From Dickeya solani IPO 2222 (GTDB lineage: Bacteria > Pseudomonadota > Gammaproteobacteria > Enterobacterales > Enterobacteriaceae), in contig NZ_CP015137.1 of NCBI RefSeq assembly GCF_001644705.1, forward strand, positions 4,170,001 to 4,202,000: a stretch of DNA of 32,000 nt, in the 5' to 3' direction. A program made the position numbers and the translations under genes. Position 1 is the stretch's first letter. The number at the start of each line of letters is the position of its first letter. Positions 16,957 to 25,387 of this stretch are shown piece after piece. A model generated the notes under the pieces. It worked only from the letters and a program-made list of their open reading frames with translations. It made no database searches and was not told the origin of the DNA.

Positions 16957-18516
16957 ATGCGTAAACCGGTATTCTCAGCATGGGTGGCGGCTATGATGCT
17001 GTCGTTAGGCGTCAGCGGTCAGGCCGCGGCGGAGACGACAGCCAACGCGGGCGGCAATCTGATCATCGGCATCACCAGCGGTGACCCGCTGGTGATGAAT
17101 CCGCTGTATGCCAGCGACCGAACCACCCTCACTATCATGCAGGCGCTGTACTCGCCGCTGTACAGCTACAATGAGGGCAAGGTGGAGTGGGGGCTGGCGG
17201 AAAGTCTGACGCCATCGGCCGATAGCCTGTCCTATACGCTGAAACTCAAACCCGGCCTTAAGTGGCAGGATGGGCAACCCATCACGGCCGATGATGTGGT
17301 GTTCACCTTCAATAAACTGCTGGATGAGAACCAACATAGCTTTTTCCGCAGTATGTTTGTGTACAACAATCAGCCGGTGGTGGTCAGCAAGGTGGACGAC
17401 CTGACGGTGAAGTTCACGCTGCCGCAAGTCAGCGCCGCCTTTGTCGGCTCGCTGGTACAGATTTACCCCATCCCTCAACATGTCTTTGCCAGTGAAGCGG
17501 ATTTATCGAAAAGCGCCAAAAACGATACGCCGGTTGGTTCCGGTCCGTTCAAATTCGGCGAATACCGGTCCGGTCAGTACTATGCGCTGAGCCGTTTTGA
17601 CGAGTACTGGAACGGTAAGCCGAAGCTGGACGCGGTGACGTATCGCTTTGCCAGAGATGCCAACGCCGCCAGACTGGCGATGCAGAATGGCGAAATCAAC
17701 CTTAAGCTGATCGACCCGCAGGACGTCAGGCAGCTCAAAGCCACCGGCCGCTTTGATTTTATTATTTATCCGGAAGGTCGCCTGGCTTATATGGTGTTCA
17801 ACCAGAACGTCGACAGCATGAAGAACAAGGCGCTGCGTCAGGCGATCGCCTATGCCATCAACAAGGACGAACTGGTGCAGACCGCGTTTACCTCGCTGGA
17901 TTACGCCAAACCCGCCAATTCAGCCCTGACACCGGATACGCTCTACCAGACCGGAGACGTCGAGGCGTATCCCTACAACCGCGATAAGGCCAAAGCGCTG
18001 TTTCGCGAGTCCGGTCAGCCGCAGGGGCTGAAACTGCGCCTGGCTTATATTAACGCCAACAAAACGCAGGAGAGCATGGGGCTGTATATCCAGCAGCAAC
18101 TCAAGGATATTGGCATCGATGTGGAGTTACTGCCGTTGGACGCCAACGCCATGTCGCAAAAAGGGCGCGACAAGAACAACACCGCCTACGAACTGAGTCT
18201 GGGCGGGTACATCATGGGCACCGAGCCGGACGGCTACAAGTCGCTGTTCATGAGCAACGAAGATTACAACTACGCACACTACAAGAACCCGGCGTTTGAC
18301 GCGCTGTGGGACAAAGGCGCCGTCGAAACCGACGCAGGCCGGCGCGCGGCGATCTATAAGGATATTCAGCAGACGGTGGCGAGCGAGATGGTCTGGTATC
18401 CGATCGCCTACACCAACGCGGTGGTGGCGGTAGACAAACGCTTTGGCGGTACGCAGGAGGCGGAGCCAAAACCGGTCTATCTGTTCCAGGATTTGTCGAA
18501 AATCTATCAGAAATAA
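16957..18516 (+). CDS. ABC transporter substrate-binding protein, family 5 (Dpp/Opp/Nik-type)
   Basis: 519 aa. Signal peptide ...LSLGVSGQAAA|ET. Typical SBP_bac_5 layout (LAESLTPSADSLSYTLKLKPGLKWQDGQPITADDVVFTF). Confidence 0.85.
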   Translation: MRKPVFSAWVAAMMLSLGVSGQAAAETTANAGGNLIIGITSGDPLVMNPLYASDRTTLTIMQALYSPLYSYNEGKVEWGLAESLTPSADSLSYTLKLKPGLKWQDGQPITADDVVFTFNKLLDENQHSFFRSMFVYNNQPVVVSKVDDLTVKFTLPQVSAAFVGSLVQIYPIPQHVFASEADLSKSAKNDTPVGSGPFKFGEYRSGQYYALSRFDEYWNGKPKLDAVTYRFARDANAARLAMQNGEINLKLIDPQDVRQLKATGRFDFIIYPEGRLAYMVFNQNVDSMKNKALRQAIAYAINKDELVQTAFTSLDYAKPANSALTPDTLYQTGDVEAYPYNRDKAKALFRESGQPQGLKLRLAYINANKTQESMGLYIQQQLKDIGIDVELLPLDANAMSQKGRDKNNTAYELSLGGYIMGTEPDGYKSLFMSNEDYNYAHYKNPAFDALWDKGAVETDAGRRAAIYKDIQQTVASEMVWYPIAYTNAVVAVDKRFGGTQEAEPKPVYLFQDLSKIYQK

Positions 18517-18523
18517 TCTCCCC

Positions 18524-18552
18524 CGGCCGTTCGCCGCACTGGCGGGCGGCCG
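18524..18552 (+). other. GC-rich intercistronic stem-loop after the SBP gene
   Basis: CGGCCGTTCGCC-gcact-GGCGGGCGGCCG forms a 12-bp stem with two G-U pairs. It lies between the SBP stop (18516) and the permease start (18575). Such hairpins often stabilise the SBP segment of the mRNA. Confidence 0.5.
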
Positions 18553-18574
18553 CTGGCAACACGTGCGAAGACTT

Positions 18575-19528
18575 ATGGATAACATGGTGGTGCGTCGGGT
18601 TGGGCAACTGCTGCCGATGCTGTTTTTTATATCACTGGTGTCGTTTCTGCTGGTGAAGCTGGCGCCGGGCGACCCGGTGCAGGCGTATATCACGCCGCGT
18701 ATGAGCCAGGATGACATCGAGCGGGTGCGTCATAGCCTCGGATTAGACCAGCCGCTGGCGATGCAGTACCTGTTGTGGCTGAAAAACGTGGCGCGGGGCG
18801 ATCTGGGCTATTCGCTGATTTCACACCGCCCGGTGCTGACCCTGATCGTGGAGCGGCTGCCGGCGACGCTCGGCCTGATGGGCGCGTCGCTGCTGCTGGC
18901 GGTGGCGATAGCCATGCCGCTGGGGCTGCTGGCGGGCGCGTTTCGACACCGCTGGCTGGATCATTTGCTCAATCTGGTGGCGTACATCGGTATTTCGGTG
19001 CCGATTTTCTGGTTCGGCATCCTGTTGATCATCGTTTTTTCAGTTCAGCTTAACTGGCTGCCGAGCATGGGAATGCGTACCGTCGGGGCGGCGGACTCCT
19101 GGCTTGACGTGGTGCGGCACGGCGTGCTGCCGTGCGTAGCGTTGACCTTTTATAACCTGTCGCACTACGTACGTTACATCCGCTCCCACACCATCACGCA
19201 ACTCTCCGCTGACTACGTGCAAACGCAACTGGCGTATGGCGCAACGCGCGCGCATATCCTGTTTCGGCATGTGCTGAAAAACGTGATGTTGCCGGTTATC
19301 ACCCTGTTCGGCTTGTCGTTTTCTGAACTGGTGGTCGGCGCTTACGTGACGGAAAGCGTGTTCTCCTGGCCGGGAATGGGATTGCTGGGCCTTCAGTCCA
19401 TCACGTCATTGGATTACCCGCTGATCATGGCGATGGTGATGCTGTCGGCCTGCATGCTGGTGCTCGGCAATCTGCTGGCGGATGTGCTGTATCGCGTGGC
19501 CGATCCGCGCATCAAGGCAATGAGGTAA
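18575..19528 (+). CDS. ABC peptide/nickel-type permease (DppB-like)
   Basis: MDNMVVRRVGQLLPMLFFISLVSFLLVKLAPGDP is the typical N-terminus of this family. The track start at 18443 overlaps the SBP gene and is probably too early; the ATG at 18584 is an alternative. Confidence 0.85.
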   Translation: MDNMVVRRVGQLLPMLFFISLVSFLLVKLAPGDPVQAYITPRMSQDDIERVRHSLGLDQPLAMQYLLWLKNVARGDLGYSLISHRPVLTLIVERLPATLGLMGASLLLAVAIAMPLGLLAGAFRHRWLDHLLNLVAYIGISVPIFWFGILLIIVFSVQLNWLPSMGMRTVGAADSWLDVVRHGVLPCVALTFYNLSHYVRYIRSHTITQLSADYVQTQLAYGATRAHILFRHVLKNVMLPVITLFGLSFSELVVGAYVTESVFSWPGMGLLGLQSITSLDYPLIMAMVMLSACMLVLGNLLADVLYRVADPRIKAMR

Positions 19529-19533
19529 GGCTG

Positions 19534-20379
19534 ATGGGAAGACGTTGGCAACAGGCAAGACAACAGTTGCGCCGCAACCGGCCGGCGCAGCTGGCGCTGG
19601 CGGTTCTGGCGGTGTTCGGCGCGACGTCGGCGCTGGCGTGGCTCAGCCCGTGGGACCCGAACGCCATGGCGATTCAGGCGCGGATGCTGCCGCCGGATGG
19701 CGCGCACTGGTTCGGAACCGATGAATACGGTCGGGATTATTTTACCCGCGCGCTCTACGGCGGGCAGATTTCGTTGATGGTGGGCGTACTGGCCATGGTG
19801 TTTTCCACCCTGATCGGCACGCTGGTGGGGACCGTCAGCGGTTACATTGGCGGCCGTCTGGATACGGTGCTGATGCGGGCGGTGGATATGCTGATGTCGA
19901 TCCCGGCCTTCTTTCTGCTGCTGGTGCTGAATGCCTATCTTAAACCGGGGGTCGCCAACATTATTCTGATCATCAGTGCGCTGACCTGGATGAGCCTGTC
20001 GCGGCTGGTACGGGCGGAAACCCTGTCGCTGAAAGAGCGGGAGTATGTGCTGTACGCGCGCGCCTCCGGCGAACGGGCGTGGCGCATCATCCTGCGTCAC
20101 ATTATCCCCAATATTCTGCCCACCATCATGGTGGCGGCGACGTTGAACATCGCCTCGGCGATCCTGATGGAGTCCACGCTCAGCTTCCTCGGGCTGGGCG
20201 TGCAGCAGCCTAACGCCTCCTGGGGCAGCATGCTCAACAACGCGCAGGCGTATATTGGCGATGCCACCTGGCTGGCGCTGTTCCCCGGTATGCTGATTCT
20301 GCTGACGGTGCTCAGTTTTAATGTGCTGGGCGATGTGTTCCGCACCGCGTTTGAACCGGGAGTGCAACGTGATGAGTGA
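19534..20379 (+). CDS. ABC peptide/nickel-type permease (DppC-like)
   Basis: 281 aa. AGGTAAGG RBS. HWFGTDEYGRDYFTRALYGGQISL and a BPD_transp_1-type core. Confidence 0.85.
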   Translation: MGRRWQQARQQLRRNRPAQLALAVLAVFGATSALAWLSPWDPNAMAIQARMLPPDGAHWFGTDEYGRDYFTRALYGGQISLMVGVLAMVFSTLIGTLVGTVSGYIGGRLDTVLMRAVDMLMSIPAFFLLLVLNAYLKPGVANIILIISALTWMSLSRLVRAETLSLKEREYVLYARASGERAWRIILRHIIPNILPTIMVAATLNIASAILMESTLSFLGLGVQQPNASWGSMLNNAQAYIGDATWLALFPGMLILLTVLSFNVLGDVFRTAFEPGVQRDE

Positions 20380-21373
20380 GGCCGCGATGAGCAATCCATT
20401 ATTGGCGATTGAAAACCTGCGCACCTCCTTTTTTACCCGCGACGGGGAAGTGCAGGCGGTGCGCGGCGTCAGCTTCAGCGTTAGCGAGGGGGAAATCGTC
20501 GGTATCGTCGGCGAATCCGGCTGTGGGAAAAGCGTCACCTGTAAATCGGTGATTCAACTGCTGGGCGGCAATGGACGTATCGTGGGCGGGCAGATCCGCT
20601 TTCGCGGCGACGATCTGGCCGGTTACAGTCCGCAGGCGCTGCGTCGACTACGCGGCAACGATATCGCTATGATTTTTCAGGACTCAATGACCGCCCTTAA
20701 CCCGGTGCTGACGGTTGGGCGGCAGATGCGTGACATCCTGATGCGCAATCAGCAACTCGATAAGAAAGCCGCCAGGCGACGGGCGATCGCCATGCTGCAA
20801 CAGGTGGGCATCGCCCATGCCGAGCAGCGTTACGACCAGTATCCCCACGAATTCAGCGGCGGCATGCGCCAGCGGGTGATGATCGCCATCGCGTTGTCCT
20901 GCCACCCGGCGCTGCTGATTGCCGATGAGCCCACCACCGCGCTGGATGTCACGATTCAGGCACAGATTCTGCGCTTGCTTAAACAGCTGCAACGGCAGAC
21001 CGGTGCCGCCATCATGCTGATTACCCACGATTTGGGGGTGGTCGCGCAGCTTTGTTCGCGGGTGGTGGTGATGTATGGCGGTCTGGTGATGGAAGAGGGA
21101 CGCGTGGAAGATATTTTCTATCGACCGGCGCACCCTTATACCCAGGGATTGCTGGCGTCGTTGCCACGGCATGACGCCACGCGGCGGCGGTTATCGCCAA
21201 TTGAGGGTGCTCCGCCGGGGCTGTTGCACCCCCCGACAGGCTGCCCGTTTGCCGCGCGTTGTCCGCAGCGTATGGCCGTATGCGCCCAGCAGCCGGACCG
21301 GCGGCAGTGCGGCGATCATCACTGGGTGCAGTGCTGGCTGGCAGATTCCAGAGAGGTGCCGCATGCCGAGTAA
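20372..21373 (+). CDS. ABC ATP-binding protein (DppD-like)
   Basis: The ATG at 20372 overlaps the upstream stop. Walker A GESGCGKS, signature [15 protein letters not shown], Walker [13 protein letters not shown], and a C-terminal oligopeptide-type extension (CPFAARC). Confidence 0.9.
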   Translation: MSEAAMSNPLLAIENLRTSFFTRDGEVQAVRGVSFSVSEGEIVGIVGESGCGKSVTCKSVIQLLGGNGRIVGGQIRFRGDDLAGYSPQALRRLRGNDIAMIFQDSMTALNPVLTVGRQMRDILMRNQQLDKKAARRRAIAMLQQVGIAHAEQRYDQYPHEFSGGMRQRVMIAIALSCHPALLIADEPTTALDVTIQAQILRLLKQLQRQTGAAIMLITHDLGVVAQLCSRVVVMYGGLVMEEGRVEDIFYRPAHPYTQGLLASLPRHDATRRRLSPIEGAPPGLLHPPTGCPFAARCPQRMAVCAQQPDRRQCGDHHWVQCWLADSREVPHAE

Positions 21374-22364
21374 CCGACAGCCGTTATTGCGCATCCGTGG
21401 ACTTAAAAAATATTACGACGTGCGCCGGGGCTGGCGCAAACAAGGCGAGCCGGTGCATGCGCTGGATGGCGTCAGTTTTGACATCTGGCCGGGCGAAACC
21501 TACGGGCTGGTGGGGGAGTCCGGCTGCGGCAAGTCGACCCTCGGGCGTAGCCTGCTACGGCTGGCCGAGATTACCGCCGGTGAGATCTATTTTGACGGCG
21601 AGCTTATCAGCGCGTTGCCGGAAGCGGCGCTAAAGCCGTTTCGCCGGCGTGTGCAGGCTATCTTTCAGGACCCTTATTCCTCACTCAATCCGGGGATGAC
21701 GGTGGCGCAACTGATCGCCGAACCGATGCAGATCCACGGCTATGCGCGGGATGAACGACAGACGCGCACGCTGGCATTGCTGGAGCGAGTGGGGCTGAAG
21801 GCAGAGCATTTGCCGCGTTTTCCCCATGAATTCAGCGGTGGGCAGCGGCAGCGCATTGGCATTGCCCGTGCGCTGTCGGTGAATCCGCAATTCGTGGTGT
21901 GCGATGAACCGCTGTCGGCGCTGGATGTGTCGGTACAGGCGCAGGTGGTCAATCTGCTACAGGATCTGCAACAGGAACGGGGGCTGACGTATCTGTTTAT
22001 CGCCCATGACCTGTCGATGGTGCGCCATATTTCGGATCGGATTGGGGTGATGTATCAGGGGCGATTGGTCGAGGAAGCGCCGGCGGAACAGTTGTATCGG
22101 CATCCGGCACACCCATACACCCGCATGCTGCTGGCATCCATCCCGATACCGGACCCTTGCGCGCTGGCGCCGGATGAGCCGGTTGCCGCCGAGCCGGACG
22201 AGCTCGCGTCGGCGATGACCGGTTGCCCGTTCTATGCTCGCTGCATTCTGGCGGGCGAACAGTGCCGCACCGCCGCACCGCCGTTACGCGACATCGCCGC
22301 CGGGCACCGGGTGGCCTGCTGGCATGCGGTGCCGGACCAGCAAGCCAGCAGTGATGTGGCTTAA
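21363..22364 (+). CDS. ABC ATP-binding protein (DppF-like)
   Basis: The ATG at 21363 overlaps the upstream stop by 11 nt. Walker [10 protein letters not shown], signature FSGGQRQRIGIARAL, Walker B VVCDEPLSALD, and a C-terminal CPFYARC. Confidence 0.9.
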   Translation: MPSNRQPLLRIRGLKKYYDVRRGWRKQGEPVHALDGVSFDIWPGETYGLVGESGCGKSTLGRSLLRLAEITAGEIYFDGELISALPEAALKPFRRRVQAIFQDPYSSLNPGMTVAQLIAEPMQIHGYARDERQTRTLALLERVGLKAEHLPRFPHEFSGGQRQRIGIARALSVNPQFVVCDEPLSALDVSVQAQVVNLLQDLQQERGLTYLFIAHDLSMVRHISDRIGVMYQGRLVEEAPAEQLYRHPAHPYTRMLLASIPIPDPCALAPDEPVAAEPDELASAMTGCPFYARCILAGEQCRTAAPPLRDIAAGHRVACWHAVPDQQASSDVA

Positions 22365-22385
22365 CGTATGCTTTATCTGCCTGGA

Positions 22386-22811
22386 TTATTTAATTTCGAC
22401 CAGCGTGCCTTTGCGGCGGGAAGCGGAACCGTCTGGCAGGAAGATGTTGGTATAGGCAACACCGTTGCGGAAGTCATCGACGTGGACGACGTGTTGGCCA
22501 GCCCGGCGCGACCAGTAAATCATATAGACGTCATTGCCGATCGGGGTGACGGTAATATCCACGTTGTCCGTATTCTTGCCATCCGGAGAGGTGAAAACCA
22601 TCTCTTTTGCCGATTTGAAATCCAGACGGAATTTTTGGTCACCGAAATCCACATTATAGGATTTACCCACGGCGACAAATTCGGCATCGCTGGCTACGGC
22701 AACCGCATGGGGATCCTGCGATGCGGCCATGACGCTCAGACTCGCACCGGCCAGCATGGTCAACAGCAATACTTTTCCAGCGAATTTTTTGGATAATACC
22801 TTGAATGGCAT
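22386..22811 (-). CDS. Exported small beta-rich protein, MoaF-like (tentative)
   Basis: 141 aa. Signal peptide ...LTMLAGASLSVMA|AS. The mature part (YNVDFGDQKFRLDFKSAKEMVFT...DVYMIYWSRRAGQHVVHVDDF) resembles MoaF-type domains from memory only. Confidence 0.5.
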   Translation of the reverse strand: MPFKVLSKKFAGKVLLLTMLAGASLSVMAASQDPHAVAVASDAEFVAVGKSYNVDFGDQKFRLDFKSAKEMVFTSPDGKNTDNVDITVTPIGNDVYMIYWSRRAGQHVVHVDDFRNGVAYTNIFLPDGSASRRKGTLVEIK

Positions 22812-23010
22812 TACGTATCCTCGTTTACAGGTGATAAAAACCGTGACGATACCCGAAAGCGCCGATTGCCCGTTACAGGGTTGCCGCGCTTGCCGGTGTT
22901 ATCGCCGTTAATCCGGTTTCTGATATAGACTAGGTATGTTTATAAACCTTATCTATGCAGGGCGGAAGAACGCACCGGCATGAGACTTAGTTTACTCGGG
23001 GGTACCTACC

Positions 23011-23427
23011 ATGCCGACGGTAGAACAGAAAGATGTAGAGTATGCATATGATATTTATGAAGATCGCTGTCCCACACGTATGGTTCTGGAACGGCTGGCG
23101 GATAAATGGGCGCTGCTGGTATTGGCCCGGCTGGAGCAAACGCACGAACCGGTTCGCTTCAACGCGCTGAAACGCGGTATCAAGGGCATCACGCAAAAAA
23201 TGCTTACCCAGACATTGCGTAAACTGGAGCGCGACGGGCTGATTTCACGCAAGGTGTTTAACACCGTACCCGTAACCGTAGAGTATGCCTTGACCCCATT
23301 GGGCGACACGCTGACGGAAACCGTTGCCACATTGGCGCACTGGGCGGAGAAGAATATTGACGCCGTACTAACGGCTCAGGCGGCCTGGGATGCCCGCCAG
23401 CAAACGGCATCCGGCGTGGAGGCCTGA
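23011..23427 (+). CDS. HxlR-family transcriptional regulator
   Basis: CPTRMVLERLADKWALLVLARL...FNALKRGIKGITQKMLTQTLRKLERDGLISRKVF..VPVTVEYALTPLG is a classic HxlR winged helix. Confidence 0.9.
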   Translation: MPTVEQKDVEYAYDIYEDRCPTRMVLERLADKWALLVLARLEQTHEPVRFNALKRGIKGITQKMLTQTLRKLERDGLISRKVFNTVPVTVEYALTPLGDTLTETVATLAHWAEKNIDAVLTAQAAWDARQQTASGVEA

Positions 23428-23441
23428 TGTGATGCTAATCG

Positions 23442-23482
23442 CTGTCGTCAGGCGATGGTATTCTGACACCGCCTGACGACAG
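23442..23482. terminator. 13-bp inverted repeat between convergent genes (probable terminator)
   Basis: CTGTCGTCAGGCG (23442-23454) pairs with CGCCTGACGACAG (23470-23482), with a 15-nt loop. The + strand tail GGTGACTTTATTT is only weakly T-rich. Confidence 0.5.
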
Positions 23483-23489
23483 GGTGACT

Positions 23490-23855
23490 TTATTTCACCG
23501 TCACCTTAATAACCGCGTCTTTATCATCAGGCTGAGGCTGTTTCTCCCAGGGGCGGGCATAGGACAGGTCGATTTCACCTTCGCCTGCTTTGACCGCCTT
23601 GAAGTGAAACATTTCATGACCACCGCATCCGACTTTGTCGTGGCAGTCTGCGCCGGGCTTGTAGGTTTTTCCGGTCAACACGGCGACGTCAGGCAATTTC
23701 TTGATGGCCCAGGTATAACCGGTGCTGGGGTTGGCCGGCAGCGTCACTTCAAACTGCTCGCCGACTTTGACTTCTTTATGCTGGTTATCGACAGCCGTAG
23801 CTGCCATGACACTCAGCGGGAACATCAAACCAACTGCAAAAGCGAATCTTTTCAT
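23490..23855 (-). CDS. Chagasin/ICP-family (I42) cysteine peptidase inhibitor, secreted
   Basis: I prefer the ATG at 23855 (GGAG 7 nt upstream), which gives MKRFAFAVGLMFPLSVMA|ATA. The NPSTGYTW motif and the Ig-like size (121 aa) fit the family. The track ORF start at 24017 adds an implausible leader. Confidence 0.75.
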   Translation of the reverse strand: MKRFAFAVGLMFPLSVMAATAVDNQHKEVKVGEQFEVTLPANPSTGYTWAIKKLPDVAVLTGKTYKPGADCHDKVGCGGHEMFHFKAVKAGEGEIDLSYARPWEKQPQPDDKDAVIKVTVK

Positions 23856-24257
23856 GAATGTCTCCAGAGATAATCGTGAATACACTAAAATACGGCCTGC
23901 ATAGTGGTGATTATGGCCCATGTTTTTGCATTGGCAGGCAATCATATCCGCCGTGATAATCAGCGCGATGAGAAAGGAATATTCTGTGTTCAGGTAACAA
24001 AGGTGGCAGGAAAGCAACAGGGGGATAATACATGTGTAGTGACATAGGGTTACCTCGTAAATAAGGTTTTTTTATGTTTTATAAAAGATGGCACAGGATA
24101 TGAAAATGGCAAATTAATATCACATAAATATCTTATCGCGGACGTATTAACTATATTGTGGTGATGGTATTTATCATGCGGATTATTTTCCATGGCGACT
24201 ATATAAAGAATAAAACCGACATAATGGAATTATTGCAAGGTTATTAATAACTCAGCG

Positions 24258-24339
24258 TGTTGTTAGTGTGGTAACCTGTTGTTAGAGGAGGGGCTGTTAT
24301 AAGGGTAATTGTTATAGGGATAATGTTATAGGGGTAAAT
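24258..24339. repeat. Array of five TGTT(G/A)T(T/A)AG-type direct repeats
   Basis: TGTTGTTAG at 24258 and 24277. TGTTATAAGGGTAAT at 24295, TGTTATAGGGATAA at 24310 and TGTTATAGGGGTAAAT at 24324. Spacings are 19, 18, 15 and 14 bp. Confidence 0.8.
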
Positions 24340-24478
24340 AGTACAGCTGGAAATTATCGGCGACTATTTGTACACGAGCGAGATGCTCTTCAGTGGCCTG
24401 ATCAGCAAGAAAGTATCGTGTCCGCCCCTTTGCTTTTGCCAGTACATCAAGTTGGGCGAAGGTTGATGCTATCCGTAA
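24326..24478 (-). pseudogene. Ribbon-helix-helix (CopG/Arc/ParD-like) ORF lacking a start codon
   Basis: My hand translation of the minus strand gives (TAA)-LRIASTFAQLDVLAKAKGRTRYFLADQATEEHLARVQIVADNFQLYYLPL*. It shows beta-strand, helix, G-R-T-R turn and helix, which is the RHH signature. All three upstream frames are closed and there is no ATG/GTG/TTG in frame. Confidence 0.4.
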
Positions 24479-24500
24479 TTAACCGGGATTACCGGTAAAA

Positions 24501-24577
24501 ATGTGGTAATGTGGGATATAAAGTTGGTAATCTGTAAGCAACATTTGGTAATGTCAGGAGCTAAGTTTGGCAATAGT
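24501..24577. repeat. Four TTTGGTAATGT-like direct repeats with 21-22 bp periodicity
   Basis: TGGTAAT at 24504, 24525 and 24546, and TGGCAAT at 24568, with similar flanks (aTGTGGTAATGT, gTTGGTAATcT, TTTGGTAATGT, TTTGGCAATaG). Confidence 0.8.
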
Positions 24578-24658
24578 CATTAACCACCACTTCTCAAACA
24601 GGTTTTTTGTAGTGATATAGGTTATTACAATTATTCTAATTTTTAGAAAGGACATTGT

Positions 24659-25171
24659 ATGAAGAACTATTTTTTGGTCTCGTGTGTTATTTTTCTTTCT
24701 GGGTGCTCTGCTAAATATAATGCCGCAATGATACAAAAGAATTATGAATTACTCACGAAAGATAAAGAAATTATAATAGCCGTATCGGATAATGGTGTTT
24801 ATTTGCAGAAAGAATATGCTGGTTCAGGAAGCATTACTGCAAATGTTATTAAATCAGCATTTTCACGCTATAGTGACAATATAAAAATCATTGGAGAGTG
24901 TAAGGATATTAACTGTTTGGTATCGTCTTTCCCTGTTGCTAGTGGATATTATGTTGTGCCTCAGATACTTCACTGGGAAGACCGAGCGACAGAATGGTCA
25001 GGAATTCCGGATAAAGTTGAGGTAAAAATAACTGTTTACAATGCCGAGAATAAAAAGCGATTATCATCCGTTATCCTCTCAGGAAAAAGTAAGTTTGTGA
25101 CATTTGGTGGCGATCACCCTCAGGATTTATTACCTGATCCCATCAATAATTATATTTCTTCTTTATACTAA
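24659..25171 (+). CDS. Lipoprotein of unknown function (AT-rich, probably acquired)
   Basis: 170 aa. AAAGGA RBS. Lipobox VIFLSGC|SA. Low-GC codon usage unlike the neighbouring genes. Followed by the hairpin AGCACCC-gttta-GGGTGCT (25194-25212). Confidence 0.75.
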   Translation: MKNYFLVSCVIFLSGCSAKYNAAMIQKNYELLTKDKEIIIAVSDNGVYLQKEYAGSGSITANVIKSAFSRYSDNIKIIGECKDINCLVSSFPVASGYYVVPQILHWEDRATEWSGIPDKVEVKITVYNAENKKRLSSVILSGKSKFVTFGGDHPQDLLPDPINNYISSLY

Positions 25172-25387
25172 AATATAATGGTGACTTTAAATTAGCACCC
25201 GTTTAGGGTGCTGACGAGTCTGTTATCCAGAGACTAATAATAATACTTCTCCAATTAGCTTGCGAAAGGATTCTGTTTTATCGGGTTCACTCGCTTTTTC
25301 TGGTTTAGCTTGTTGCTCCACTCATCAATACCGGCGTTTTTATCTTCATGCCGTCATAAGATTTGGCATTCCCTTGCCAAATTCCAC

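Noticed and set aside
16731-16981. Two overlapping minus-strand ORFs (74 and 81 aa) upstream of the SBP gene
   Set aside because: They lie in the promoter/leader of the ABC importer operon and overlap its start codon. The products are implausible and Arg/Pro-rich.
19414-20538. 374-aa minus-strand ORF
   Set aside because: It is antisense to the two ABC permease genes. The product is Arg/Gln/His-rich low-complexity sequence with no RBS or motifs.
22368-22796. 142-aa + strand ORF
   Set aside because: It is antisense to the signal-peptide-bearing MoaF-like gene and has no RBS.
24050-24193. ~47-codon minus-strand ORF (MENNPHDKYHHHNIVNTS...)
   Set aside because: It has no Shine-Dalgarno sequence, lies in AT-rich DNA and has an odd composition. 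It is probably a chance ORF.
24554-24736. 60-aa minus-strand ORF
   Set aside because: It overlaps the lipoprotein gene start and the repeat array. It is an AT-rich chance ORF without an RBS.
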